Source: Planctomycetota bacterium
Lineage (GTDB): Bacteria > Planctomycetota > JAJSAM01 > JAJVHW01
Direction of reading: 5' to 3'
Assembly (NCBI GenBank): GCA_965248445.1
Contig: CBDFJG010000004.1
Location: 1,568,001 to 1,632,000 of the forward strand
Length of the DNA stretch: 64,000 nt
The notes under the pieces were generated by a model. It was not told the DNA's origin and ran no database searches. It worked only from the letters and a program-made list of their open reading frames with translations. The position numbers and the translations under genes are program-made. This document shows positions 48,239 to 58,106 of this stretch, one piece after another. Numbering within the stretch: position 1 is the first letter of the stretch; the number at the start of each line of letters is the position of its first letter.

Positions 48239-49372
48239 TCAGAGCCCCGCGTCGTCGAGGAAGCCCCCGACGAAGCGGAGCAGCGGCCACGCCTCGAAGA
48301 AGCCCGGGGTCTCTTGGTCCGGAGCCGCCACGTGCCCGAACAGGTCGGTGACGTGGGTGTCGACGGTCACTCCTCGGCCGCGCAGCGCGGAGGCGAGCGC
48401 CGTGAGGTCCGCTGTAGGAACCACCGGGTCGGCGGTTGCGTGCAACAGATGCACCGGGGCGAGCGGAGTGGCTTCGCGCTCGGGTGACACCGCGGCGAGT
48501 TCATCGCGCATTCGGGACAGCAAGCGCTCCGCGATCTCGGGCGGCAACGGGCTCTCGTTCGCCGCCGCGGCGACGACCTCCGACGCCTCCGGCGGAAGCG
48601 GAATGTCGAGCGCGCGGTTCCCCTGCAGGATCAGCTTCAGGTGCCTGCGTACGCGGTCCACGTACTCGGGTGCCACGAGGTGCTCGACGTTCCCGAGCAG
48701 AACGAGTCGGCGTCCCTCCGTCAGCGGGTCGAACAACTCGCTCGGCGCGTCACCGTCTGATGTCATCCACTTGAACAGCAGCCTCTCCATGTCGGCATAC
48801 CCGCCGAATGCGAGGACCGCACTGACGTCGTCGCGCACCTGCGCGTCGTCGGCGGCGATGATCGCGTACGAGCCCCCGACGGACACTCCCGCCAGCGCGG
48901 CCCGTCCGTCCTCCGCCTCGCCTGACTCCGAAGCTAGCCACCGCGTCACGTCGGCGATGCGTGTGGTGTCCGCGGGGTCGATGCGGAACTTCGCCAGCGA
49001 AGGCAGGTGCGGGACGGCAACGACCATCCCCCGGGCAGCGAACGCTCGCGCGAAGTCGAGCAGGCGGCTGTCGCGCGCCCCGGTCTCGACGGCTCCGTGG
49101 CAAAGGACGAGTGCGGGCAGCGCCTCGTCGCCGGTCCGCGGGCGGAAGAGCAGGACGTCGGTATCCCCCGAGCGTGTGCGCACCCTGACCTCGCTGGACT
49201 GCACCCGCTCGGTCAGATCGGCGGGAGGCTCCATCGCATCGCGCAGCAGCACACCGGCGCGGAGCGCGCTACACGCGCCCGACAGCACGACCGTGAGCAC
49301 GAGCGCCACCGCGATCAGCCCGCCGGCCAGCCATCGCCTGCTCGTCCCACCGCTGCCTTCTCCTGAGGCCAT
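48239..49372 (-). CDS. Alpha/beta hydrolase, membrane-anchored
   Basis: LVLCHG, GVSVGG nucleophile elbow, LLHATADPVVP, FGH. Confidence 0.85.
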   Translation of the reverse strand: MASGEGSGGTSRRWLAGGLIAVALVLTVVLSGACSALRAGVLLRDAMEPPADLTERVQSSEVRVRTRSGDTDVLLFRPRTGDEALPALVLCHGAVETGARDSRLLDFARAFAARGMVVAVPHLPSLAKFRIDPADTTRIADVTRWLASESGEAEDGRAALAGVSVGGSYAIIAADDAQVRDDVSAVLAFGGYADMERLLFKWMTSDGDAPSELFDPLTEGRRLVLLGNVEHLVAPEYVDRVRRHLKLILQGNRALDIPLPPEASEVVAAAANESPLPPEIAERLLSRMRDELAAVSPEREATPLAPVHLLHATADPVVPTADLTALASALRGRGVTVDTHVTDLFGHVAAPDQETPGFFEAWPLLRFVGGFLDDAGL

Positions 49373-49512
49373 GACCGGAGTATCCGTGACCCGGCTCCGA
49401 TCGCATCGCGGTCTCGAACTTCGAGGCTGCGGACGGCTTGCGGTACTCGCGGTTTCCTCCGCGGGCAGGCGCCGCGTACGCTCTCGCCCCGGGATCTTGT
49501 GGAGGGTGGCCG

Positions 49513-51948
49513 ATGACGACGTCGAACCAGTTCGGACGCAGCCTCGCGCGCTGGGCGCGCGAGGCTGACACCGAGACGATCGCCGCGACCGACGTCGATG
49601 CCAACGTCCCCGATCCGGCCAAGTCCGTCGGCGGCGCGCGGTACACGATCGAGGCGAGCATCGGCCGTGGCGGCATGGGAGAGGTTCTGCTCGTGGAGGA
49701 CCGCGACCTGCGCCGCGAGGTCGCCATGAAGGTCATCCGCGAGGAGCGCGCTTCGTCGAGCTCCGAGCGGCTTCGATTCCTCGCCGAGGCGCAGGCGACC
49801 AGCCAGCTCGAGCACCCCGGTATCCCGCCGATCCATGACATCGGCGTCACTCCCGCCGGCCAGATGTACTTCACGATGAAGCTCGTGCGCGGACGCACGC
49901 TGCGCGAGGTGTTGAAGGACCTCTTGCTCGGCACGACCGCTGCGCGCCGCGAGTTCAACCTGCACCGGTTGGCGTCGATCCTCGACCGGGTCGCGGAGGC
50001 GCTGCACTTCGCGCACGTCAAGGGTGTGGTGCATCGGGACCTCAAGCCCGAGAACGTGATGCTCGGCGAGTACGGCGAGGTGCACGTCGTCGACTGGGGC
50101 ATCGCGAAGGTGCGCGGCGAGACGGAGGACGAGGGTGCAACGGCCGTCGAAACGGCCGAGACCGACTCCGGACTCATGACCATGGACGGCGCGATCAAAG
50201 GCACGATCCGTTACATGAGCCCCGAGCAGGCGGCGGGCCGCACGCACGAGATCGACGGGCGCACCGACATCTACGCGATGGGGTGCATTCTGTACGAGAT
50301 GCTGTCGCTGCGTCCGCCGTTCGATGGACGCGGCCCGGAGTTGCTCGAGCGCGTCCGTCAGGGCGAGTTCGTCGACGTCAAGGAGCGCAACTCGAGGCGG
50401 CCTGTGCCCAACTCGCTGGCGGACCTCTGCACGCGCGCCATGTCCAAGGACAAGCATGCGCGTCCTGCAACCGCGCGCGCGTTCGCCGAAGAGCTGCACG
50501 AGTGGCTTGACGGGCGTGCCGAACGTGAACGTCGCCGCGAGGAGGCGGAGCAACTCGCAGGCGCCGGCAGGAAGGCCGCTGCCAAGTACCGCTCGCTCAA
50601 GGCGGAGGTCATCGAGGCCGAGGCCGCCGCCAAGAAGGAGGCCGCCCGCTACAAGCCGTGGCAGCCCGTGACCGAGAAGAAGAGCGCGATCGCGGCGGCG
50701 AAGCACGTCGAGGATCTCAAGACGGAGGTGGCGCTCGCCTTCGCGGACACGACGAACACGCTGACCGCTGCGCTCGTCGCCGAGAAGGGTAACGAGACCG
50801 CACGCGCAGCGCTGGCGGATCTCTACAGGGAACTGCTCGAGGAAGCCGAGGCCGCCGGTAACGGTCCTGCCGTCGCGCACGCGGAGCAACTCGTCCGACG
50901 CTACGACGACGGTCGCCTGGCGCACTTCCTGTCCGGCGACGGCACGCTGCAACTCGAGAGCGACCCGCCCGGTGCGGAGGCGCTGCTCTACCGCTTCGCG
51001 GACCGGGACGGGATTCTCACGCCGACCGACGAACGACGTCTCGGCACGACGCCCTTCGGTGCGGTGTCCCTGCCGATGGGCTCCTACCTCTGCGTGCTCA
51101 AGTCGAAGGGCTGCCGCACGCTGCGCTACCCCGTGCACATCACCCGCAACCGCGAGTGGCGCGACAAGGTGCAGATGCGCACGGAGCAGGAGATCGGCGA
51201 GGGTTTCGTGCATGTGCCGGCCGGTCCGTTCCTGTACGGCGAGGGACAGGCGCGCGTCGAGCGCGTGCTGAAGGACTTCGCGATCGGTAAGCACCCCGTG
51301 ACGTACCGCGAATACGGCGAGTTCCTGGCGGCAGTCGAAGCGGAGGAAGGGTTGGAGGCCGCGGAGAAGCGGATTCCCTCCACGGGTGGTCACGGTGCAC
51401 TGATGGAGCGGACCGCCGAGGGTCGCTACGACCCGCTGGCCAACACGATCGTCGAGCGCGAGGCGTTCGCGGAGTGCGTCAAGGCATACGGAGACGACTT
51501 CGCGTGGGACGTGGCCGTGTCGGGTGTCTCCTGGCACGACGCGGCGGCGTATTGCGAGTGGCGATCGAAGACGACGGAGCAGGAGTGGCGTTTGCCCACC
51601 GAGCAGGAACGCGAGAAGGCGGCGGGCGGTGTCGACGGTCGCCGCTTCCCGTGGGGCGATCTCGCGGACGCGACGCTCGGCAAGTGCCGCGACTCCCGCA
51701 GCTGGAACACGCAGCCCGAACCTGTGGGCTCGTACCCGCAGTCGGCCTCGCTCTACGGCATGGGGGACGCGGCCGGCGGCATGTGGGATTGGACGTCCTC
51801 GACATTCGCCGCCGACGAGTCGCTGCGCGTGCTGCGCGGCGCCTCGTTCTACAACGACGCCGAGGAACTCGCCTGCGCGAACGCCAACCGCAGCGAGCCC
51901 CACGTCCGCAACCCGAACTTCGGCTTCCGCTGCGCGCGCAGCCTCTGA
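49513..51948 (+). CDS. Ser/Thr kinase fused to an FGE/sulfatase-modifying (CLec-fold) domain
   Basis: GRGGMGEV, HRDLKPEN, DWG, YMSPEQ; RLPTEQEREKAA, FPWG, GFRCAR. Confidence 0.92.
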   Translation: MTTSNQFGRSLARWAREADTETIAATDVDANVPDPAKSVGGARYTIEASIGRGGMGEVLLVEDRDLRREVAMKVIREERASSSSERLRFLAEAQATSQLEHPGIPPIHDIGVTPAGQMYFTMKLVRGRTLREVLKDLLLGTTAARREFNLHRLASILDRVAEALHFAHVKGVVHRDLKPENVMLGEYGEVHVVDWGIAKVRGETEDEGATAVETAETDSGLMTMDGAIKGTIRYMSPEQAAGRTHEIDGRTDIYAMGCILYEMLSLRPPFDGRGPELLERVRQGEFVDVKERNSRRPVPNSLADLCTRAMSKDKHARPATARAFAEELHEWLDGRAERERRREEAEQLAGAGRKAAAKYRSLKAEVIEAEAAAKKEAARYKPWQPVTEKKSAIAAAKHVEDLKTEVALAFADTTNTLTAALVAEKGNETARAALADLYRELLEEAEAAGNGPAVAHAEQLVRRYDDGRLAHFLSGDGTLQLESDPPGAEALLYRFADRDGILTPTDERRLGTTPFGAVSLPMGSYLCVLKSKGCRTLRYPVHITRNREWRDKVQMRTEQEIGEGFVHVPAGPFLYGEGQARVERVLKDFAIGKHPVTYREYGEFLAAVEAEEGLEAAEKRIPSTGGHGALMERTAEGRYDPLANTIVEREAFAECVKAYGDDFAWDVAVSGVSWHDAAAYCEWRSKTTEQEWRLPTEQEREKAAGGVDGRRFPWGDLADATLGKCRDSRSWNTQPEPVGSYPQSASLYGMGDAAGGMWDWTSSTFAADESLRVLRGASFYNDAEELACANANRSEPHVRNPNFGFRCARSL

Positions 51949-51996
51949 GGCCGAAACAGCGGTAGGTACGCGCGAGGCACTCCACGGAACGAGGAG

Positions 51997-54198
51997 TCAG
52001 TCGGCGCCGAGCCGCTCGAGCGCCCTTCTCTCGGATTTCACGACCCTTGCAACCTGCGTGATGACGCTCTGGACCGGCTTGCCCTTCGCGAGTTTCCTCA
52101 GCGCCTTGCCGAGCCGCTTCGCGGCCCGCTTCAACTGTTTCCGCGCGGGCTTCGGCCCGAGCTTCCGTTTCTTCGCCGCCGCATCCGGGTCGGCAATCAG
52201 ATCGTCGGCCAGGGCGAGGGCCGACACGAGCAGTTGTTTCGCTTCGCGGAGCCGCGCGTGAGCATCTCCGTCCGGGTCCTCACCGAGGACCTCGAGCATG
52301 CCGCTGGCGGCCAACTGGTGCTCGATGGCAACCACTACGAATTCCCTGAGTTGCTCGGCCCTCGTGGCATCGCCAGACAGCGGGGCGTTGAAGACGATCA
52401 CCGGGTCGTCGATACCGAATTCGGCCCCGGGTCCCACGCCCTCCACCCGGACCACCGGCACCAGCGCTCCGGTGAGGTTCGGCAGAGGGATTGCTGCGAT
52501 CTCCCCGAACTCGCCCGTGCCCGCCTCGCGTGCGAGGAACCGCAGAGTGGTTCCGTCGTGCTCGACGGCGACATCCGCCCGGTCGGCTCCGGTCAGAACG
52601 AACGGATCGCCGAGCGGCCCATCCCCCGTCGCTGCCTGGAAGCAGAGATCATCACCCGTGATGACCAGTTCCAGACAGTGGACGTCCTCGGATCCTGCCT
52701 GCTCCAGTTCGAGTCGCATCTTCCCGCTCTCGAGTCCGGCGCGCCGCTGCTCGTCGAACACACCCACCGTTACCTCGGCGCGGAACGGACTGCGCAACTC
52801 GCGACCGATCCGCCAGCCCGCCTTGCCTTCGGTCGTGGCGCGCTTGTTCGCGCGCAGCGCGAGGTACCGGTTGGTCTCCTCCGTCTCCTTCGCGGACGGA
52901 CTGGGGAGATCCGGAGAGAGCGCGGCGATGTTCACCAGCCACGCGCGGGGGACCTCGACACTCGGCTGGCCGATCACGAGCCTACGGCCGCTCATGTCCA
53001 CACTGAATCCGAACCGGTCGGCCTCGCCCGTGTCGGGCGAGACCAGCGTGTTGCGGAGCGATACGAGGCCGCCTGAACCGATGCGATACAGGCTCACCGT
53101 TCCCGGTGGCCGACCGGCCGCGAGCAGACTCGCCGGCGCCCCGACGGCAATGTCGTTCCCGTAGACGGCGACGGCGCTTCCGAAGAACTGATTGACCGCC
53201 TCCGTAGCCGGCGCAAGCACCGAGATCGGGTCCGCAGGGGTGGCGCCACTGTTCGGCTCGTACACGTACGCCGTTCCGCGCGTCTCCAGACTCACCTGCG
53301 CTCCCGGTGCGCCGACCACGACTCGCCCCAGGTGAGCATCCACCGACGTTCCGAACGCCTGGCGCACGCGCGGATCGTCGGGCCGGAGCTGCAGCTTCTC
53401 CTCCCACAGGCTGGCGGCTCGCTCGAACACGTACGCCGTGCCGCTTTGCGGTCCCGATGTCGACTTCCCGGGAGCCCCTACGACGAGCAACTCCCCGTCG
53501 AGTGCAACCGAGAAGCCGAACAGGTCATTGTTCGCGTTGTCGTCCGGCACGATGCGCTGCCGGAACGTCCACGCTGAGCCGGTCCAGTGGAACACGTGGA
53601 CCGACCCGGAGTTGGTCCGGCCGCTGGCGGCCACGACGAGCGTGTCCCCCTCGATGTCGAGAGCACGGCCGAACCGGTCGATCGCGGCGGCTGGCGACGC
53701 CTCGAGCATCTGCGGGTCGGTCCAGTTGCCATCGACGTGACGGGTCATATAGACCACGCCCGCGAACGACCCGGCGCTCGTTGCCGTGTTGGCAGCGCCG
53801 ATGGCGAAGTGATTCCCATCAACTGCCACGGCGTCCCCGATCGCGGCTCCAGGAAGCGGTGCGTCGAACGTCTCGGAGTAGACCCAACTCCCACTCTCAT
53901 CGAAGACCTGATAGACACCAGTCCAAGTGCCGAAGTTGACGGACGGCGCTCCGACGACAGCCCAGAGCGGCGCCACGGCAACCGAGTCGCCCCAGGCCGA
54001 GCCTGCCGAGAAGCCGCCACTGAGCGTGAGTTCGGTGAATGCGGCGACCGCGGCCACCGTTGGGCGGGACGAGGTGAATTTCATCTCGACGTAGCCTTCT
54101 CCCAGTAGCGGGAGGCAGCCGGATGCCGCCACCGCCGACAGGACCACGACGACGCCCAGACGTCGAGCACTCGCGAACACGTGTGCCGTGTCTCTCAT
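51997..54198 (-). CDS. FG-GAP repeat lipoprotein with basic helical C-terminus
   Basis: ASGC lipobox; FGxSVAxxG..VVGAP..GxAYVF repeats. Confidence 0.85.
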   Translation of the reverse strand: MRDTAHVFASARRLGVVVVLSAVAASGCLPLLGEGYVEMKFTSSRPTVAAVAAFTELTLSGGFSAGSAWGDSVAVAPLWAVVGAPSVNFGTWTGVYQVFDESGSWVYSETFDAPLPGAAIGDAVAVDGNHFAIGAANTATSAGSFAGVVYMTRHVDGNWTDPQMLEASPAAAIDRFGRALDIEGDTLVVAASGRTNSGSVHVFHWTGSAWTFRQRIVPDDNANNDLFGFSVALDGELLVVGAPGKSTSGPQSGTAYVFERAASLWEEKLQLRPDDPRVRQAFGTSVDAHLGRVVVGAPGAQVSLETRGTAYVYEPNSGATPADPISVLAPATEAVNQFFGSAVAVYGNDIAVGAPASLLAAGRPPGTVSLYRIGSGGLVSLRNTLVSPDTGEADRFGFSVDMSGRRLVIGQPSVEVPRAWLVNIAALSPDLPSPSAKETEETNRYLALRANKRATTEGKAGWRIGRELRSPFRAEVTVGVFDEQRRAGLESGKMRLELEQAGSEDVHCLELVITGDDLCFQAATGDGPLGDPFVLTGADRADVAVEHDGTTLRFLAREAGTGEFGEIAAIPLPNLTGALVPVVRVEGVGPGAEFGIDDPVIVFNAPLSGDATRAEQLREFVVVAIEHQLAASGMLEVLGEDPDGDAHARLREAKQLLVSALALADDLIADPDAAAKKRKLGPKPARKQLKRAAKRLGKALRKLAKGKPVQSVITQVARVVKSERRALERLGAD

Positions 54199-54314
54199 CG
54201 CTTGTCTCCCTCCGCGCACGATCTGCCTTCGGACCGGCGCGTCGCCCGGGCGGCAGCTACAATCCCCGCGCTGGGGCGGCCACGTCGGTCCACCCACGCA
54301 TTCGGAAACGGCTC

Positions 54315-54911
54315 GTGAAACCTGACACGCGTAATGCGGGGCCCCGGGAGCCGGCCACTCCGGGGCGGGTGACGGAGATCCTCCTGGAGCTCCGTGGCGG
54401 CGCCGACGGTGCGCAGGACGACCTGTTCCGTCTCGTCTACTCCGAGCTGAAGCGGGTGGCCGCCGCGCAACTCCGCAAGCAGCGGCGCGCGCCGACGCTC
54501 GACCCGACGGCGCTGGTCCACGAGGTGTACCTGCGCCTCCTGGGCGGGCCGGCCGAGAGCTTCGAGGACCGGCGGCACTTCTTCGGCGCGGCCGCGCACG
54601 CGATGCGTCTCGTGCTCGTGGATCTGATCCGTCGTCGCAACGCCAAGAAGCGGGGCGGCAGCCGCATCCGCGTCACGTTCGACGAGTCGCGCCACGCCGA
54701 CAGCGACCGATTTCACGAGGTGCTCGCCGTGCACGAGGCGCTCGACCGCCTGCGGGCGATCGACGAGCAGAAGAGTCGCGTCGTCGAACTGCGCTTCTTC
54801 GCCGGCCTCACGATCGAGGAGATTGCCGGCGTCCTCGACGTGACCGAGCGGACCGTATACCGGCTGTGGGATCGCGCCCGCGCCTGGCTCTACCACGAGC
54901 TATCGAAGTGA
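54315..54911 (+). CDS. ECF sigma-70 factor, kinase-associated type (TIGR02999/ECF43-like); start uncertain
   Basis: LVYSELKRVAA, TLDPTALVHEVYLRL, DRRHFF, AKKRGG, VELRFFAGLT, ARAWL. Confidence 0.93.
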   Translation: MKPDTRNAGPREPATPGRVTEILLELRGGADGAQDDLFRLVYSELKRVAAAQLRKQRRAPTLDPTALVHEVYLRLLGGPAESFEDRRHFFGAAAHAMRLVLVDLIRRRNAKKRGGSRIRVTFDESRHADSDRFHEVLAVHEALDRLRAIDEQKSRVVELRFFAGLTIEEIAGVLDVTERTVYRLWDRARAWLYHELSK

Positions 54912-57900
54912 CGCTCTCCCGCGCCCGGCGGATCGACGAACTGTTCGACCGTGCGCTGGACCGCGAGGAGCGCGAGCGCGCGGCGTTCCTCGACGGTGAG
55001 TGCGGCGACGACGCGGAACTGCGCGCTGAGGTTGACGCGCTCCTGACTTCGCACGCGGAGATGGGGGACTTCCTCGGCCGGCCGGCGACGGAGAGCGTCG
55101 GCGAGATCGTGGCAGACGCGGTCGAGCCGCTGACTCCCGGCACGGTGGTCGGCGCGTACGAGATCCAGCGACTGTTGGGCACCGGGTCCGCAGGCGCGGT
55201 GTATGAGGCCGTGCAAGCGCGCCCGCGCCGGCGCGTCGCGCTGAAGGTCATGGCGTCAGGGCTGGGTTCGGAGCACGCGCTGCGCCGTTTCCAGGAGGAG
55301 GCAGAGATCCTGGCACGCCTGGAGCACCCCGGTATCGCGCACGTGTACGAGGGCGGCGTGCATCGCGTGGACGACGTGGACCTGCCGTTCTTCGCACTCG
55401 AATTCGTGGCCGGCGGGCGCACGATCGTCGAGTACGCGGACGCCGAAGGGCTGCGCACCCGGGCGCGACTCCAACTCGCGGCGCGCGTGTGCGAGGCCGT
55501 GCACCACGGTCACCAGAAGGGCGTGATCCACCGGGATCTCAAGCCGGGGAACATCCTCGTCGGCGACAACGGGCAGGCGAAGGTGATCGACTTCGGGATT
55601 GCCCGCGTCGAGGGCCTGGACGCCGATCGGCGAGAGATCGCCGGAACACTCCAGTACATGAGCCCGGAACAGTGCCGTCCCGGCGGCGAGGACGTCGACG
55701 TGCGGAGCGACGTCTACTCGCTCGGCGTCGTGCTCTACGAACTGCTTGCCGGGCGTGGGCCGTACAGAGTCGACGATCTTGCGTTGCCCGAGGCGTTGCG
55801 AGTCGTCCAGTTGCAGGCGCCCGCTCGCATCGAGCAGCACTCACGGGCGCTGCGCGGAGACGTCGCGGCGATCGTGCACAAGGCGCTCGCGAAGGACCCT
55901 CCCGCGCGCTATGCGTCGGCGGCGGCGCTCGCCGCCGACATCCGGCGTCATCTCGAGTTCGAACCAGTCGAGGCCGTGGCCGGCGGTGCGCTCTATCACC
56001 TGGCGAAGTTCGCGCGGCGACGGCGGCTGGCCGCGCTCTCACTCGTCGCCGTCGTGCTCGTGTCCGTGACGGCGGCGGTCGTCGGGACCAACCTCGCGTA
56101 CGAGAAGGAGCGCGAGCGCGAGCGCTCGGAGTTCCAGGCGTACGTCGCGAACCTCGCGGCGGCGTCGTCGGCGCTTCGCGTCCACGACGTCGCGGACGCG
56201 CGGCAACGGCTCGAGAGCGTGCCGGAGCCGCTGCGCGGATGGGAGTGGCGCGTGCTGCATTCCCGCCTCGACCTGAGCAACGAGACGCTGCGATGGGAGG
56301 ACGCGAGGCTTCGCACGGGCGCGGTGAGCCCGAGCGGGGCGCTCATCGCCGCGAGTGGCGAGCTGCTCCCGGATCGCCAGACGCGTCAGGTGCAGGTGTG
56401 GGACTCCGGTACCGGCCGGGTGTTGCATTCGTTCGCGGCGCTACCGCGCGCCGACTCGCTCACGTTCAGCGCAGACGAGACGCTGCTCGCGATCGGGTAC
56501 TACCAGGGCTCCGTCGAGATACGCGACGCCACGACCGGAGCGCTCGTGCGCGAACTCGCCGGTCACGTGGACGAGGAGCGGCCCATCGCCGAGACGCACG
56601 TCAACGCGCTCGTGTTCGACAGCGACGGTCGACACCTCGTCTCGGCGGCCGGCGACGGGCGCATCAGGTTGTGGGACGTCCAGACAGGCGAGCTCGTGCG
56701 GGAGCTGGCCGGGCACGACGACCGCGTCATCTCCCTCGCGCCGCTTCCTGGCGGCGAGCGCATCGCGTCCGGCGGTCGCGATGGGCTGGTCAAGGTCTGG
56801 GAACTCGCGTCCGGTCGGGAACTGCAGCGCATTCACGCGCACGATGCGAGTGTCGAGGGCGTGGCAGTCAGTCCGGACGGCACACGCCTCGCGACCGTGT
56901 CGCGTGACGAGACGGTCCGGCTGTTCGACTTGAGTACGGGCGAGCTTGTCGCGTCTCGCCACGCACACTCGAACAATGTGCGGGCCGTGGCGTTCAGCCC
57001 CGACGGGCAGCGGTTCGCGTCTGCGTCGTGGGACCGGACGGTGCGACTCTGGAGCGCGGCCGACGGCAGCGAGTTGGCGGTTCTCCGTGGACACCGCGAC
57101 GCCGTCGTCGCGCTCGCGTTCCTGCCGGACGGAGGACAGCTGGTCTCGTTCTCCGTGAGCGGGGCCGTGAAGACGTGGTCCACGGATCTCGGCCGGCACG
57201 TTCCGGCGCTGCGCGGGCACGCAGACCACGTCGTCGCTGTCGCGTTTACTCCCGAGGGCCGTCGAGTTGCGTCGCTCTCCGCGTTCACCGACCGGACGGT
57301 GCGCGTGTGGGACGTCTCGACCAGACGGACCGTCGCGCTCTTCGAGGACGTGAAGGCGCCGAAAGCGCAGTTGCGGGTCTCGCCGGACGGCGAGTGGCTG
57401 CTTCGCTGTGCGCCGCAAACCGTTTTGCGCTCGTGGTCACTCCGCTCCGGCGGGCCGGCTCGGGACGTGCCGACGATTCAGCACGTCGGTGCCTACGCAG
57501 GAGTAGGTTCTCGCATCTATGTGTTGGCCGCGGCGGGCGAGGTGCAGGCGTTCGATACGGGCTCGTGGGAAGCCGTCGCTCGGTTCAGCACGGATCATGA
57601 GGCCTGCGTTCGGCTGGAGGCGAGCCCGGACGGCGACGTGATCGCCGTCGGCTCGGCTGCCGGCGAGGTCTCGCTCTGGTCAGCGACTTCACACGAGCGC
57701 GTGGCGGCATGGCGGGGAGACGGCACCCATGTGCTCGACATCGCGTTCGACCCGTCGGGCTCGCGCGTGGGCGTCGCCGTGCGGGGAACGGACGACGTGC
57801 AGGTTCTCACCTCGTCGCGACTCACCCCTGTTGCGACGCTGCGGGGCCACGTGGGAAACGTCCGCGCGGTCGCGTTCTCCCCGGACGGCCGGCGCATCGC

Positions 57901-58099
57901 GACCGCCGGCGACGATTCCGCCGTGCGCATCTGGGACGCGACCACGTTCGAACTCGTGGTCGTGCTACACGGTCATCGCAACGCGGTGCGCGACTTGGCT
58001 TGGAGCCCCGACAGCACGACGCTGGTGACCGCCGGCGGCACACTCGAGGAGCCCGGCGAGATCCTCCTGTGGGAGTCTCACGCGAACGGAGTGCGCTGA
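54908..58099 (+). CDS. Ser/Thr kinase with TM segment and WD40 repeats
   Basis: HRDLKPGN, DFG, YMSPEQ; many GH..V..VAFSPDG..WD repeats; GTGA overlap with the sigma stop. Confidence 0.93.
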   Translation: MTLSRARRIDELFDRALDREERERAAFLDGECGDDAELRAEVDALLTSHAEMGDFLGRPATESVGEIVADAVEPLTPGTVVGAYEIQRLLGTGSAGAVYEAVQARPRRRVALKVMASGLGSEHALRRFQEEAEILARLEHPGIAHVYEGGVHRVDDVDLPFFALEFVAGGRTIVEYADAEGLRTRARLQLAARVCEAVHHGHQKGVIHRDLKPGNILVGDNGQAKVIDFGIARVEGLDADRREIAGTLQYMSPEQCRPGGEDVDVRSDVYSLGVVLYELLAGRGPYRVDDLALPEALRVVQLQAPARIEQHSRALRGDVAAIVHKALAKDPPARYASAAALAADIRRHLEFEPVEAVAGGALYHLAKFARRRRLAALSLVAVVLVSVTAAVVGTNLAYEKERERERSEFQAYVANLAAASSALRVHDVADARQRLESVPEPLRGWEWRVLHSRLDLSNETLRWEDARLRTGAVSPSGALIAASGELLPDRQTRQVQVWDSGTGRVLHSFAALPRADSLTFSADETLLAIGYYQGSVEIRDATTGALVRELAGHVDEERPIAETHVNALVFDSDGRHLVSAAGDGRIRLWDVQTGELVRELAGHDDRVISLAPLPGGERIASGGRDGLVKVWELASGRELQRIHAHDASVEGVAVSPDGTRLATVSRDETVRLFDLSTGELVASRHAHSNNVRAVAFSPDGQRFASASWDRTVRLWSAADGSELAVLRGHRDAVVALAFLPDGGQLVSFSVSGAVKTWSTDLGRHVPALRGHADHVVAVAFTPEGRRVASLSAFTDRTVRVWDVSTRRTVALFEDVKAPKAQLRVSPDGEWLLRCAPQTVLRSWSLRSGGPARDVPTIQHVGAYAGVGSRIYVLAAAGEVQAFDTGSWEAVARFSTDHEACVRLEASPDGDVIAVGSAAGEVSLWSATSHERVAAWRGDGTHVLDIAFDPSGSRVGVAVRGTDDVQVLTSSRLTPVATLRGHVGNVRAVAFSPDGRRIATAGDDSAVRIWDATTFELVVVLHGHRNAVRDLAWSPDSTTLVTAGGTLEEPGEILLWESHANGVR

Positions 58100-58106
58100 C
58101 GAGCGC

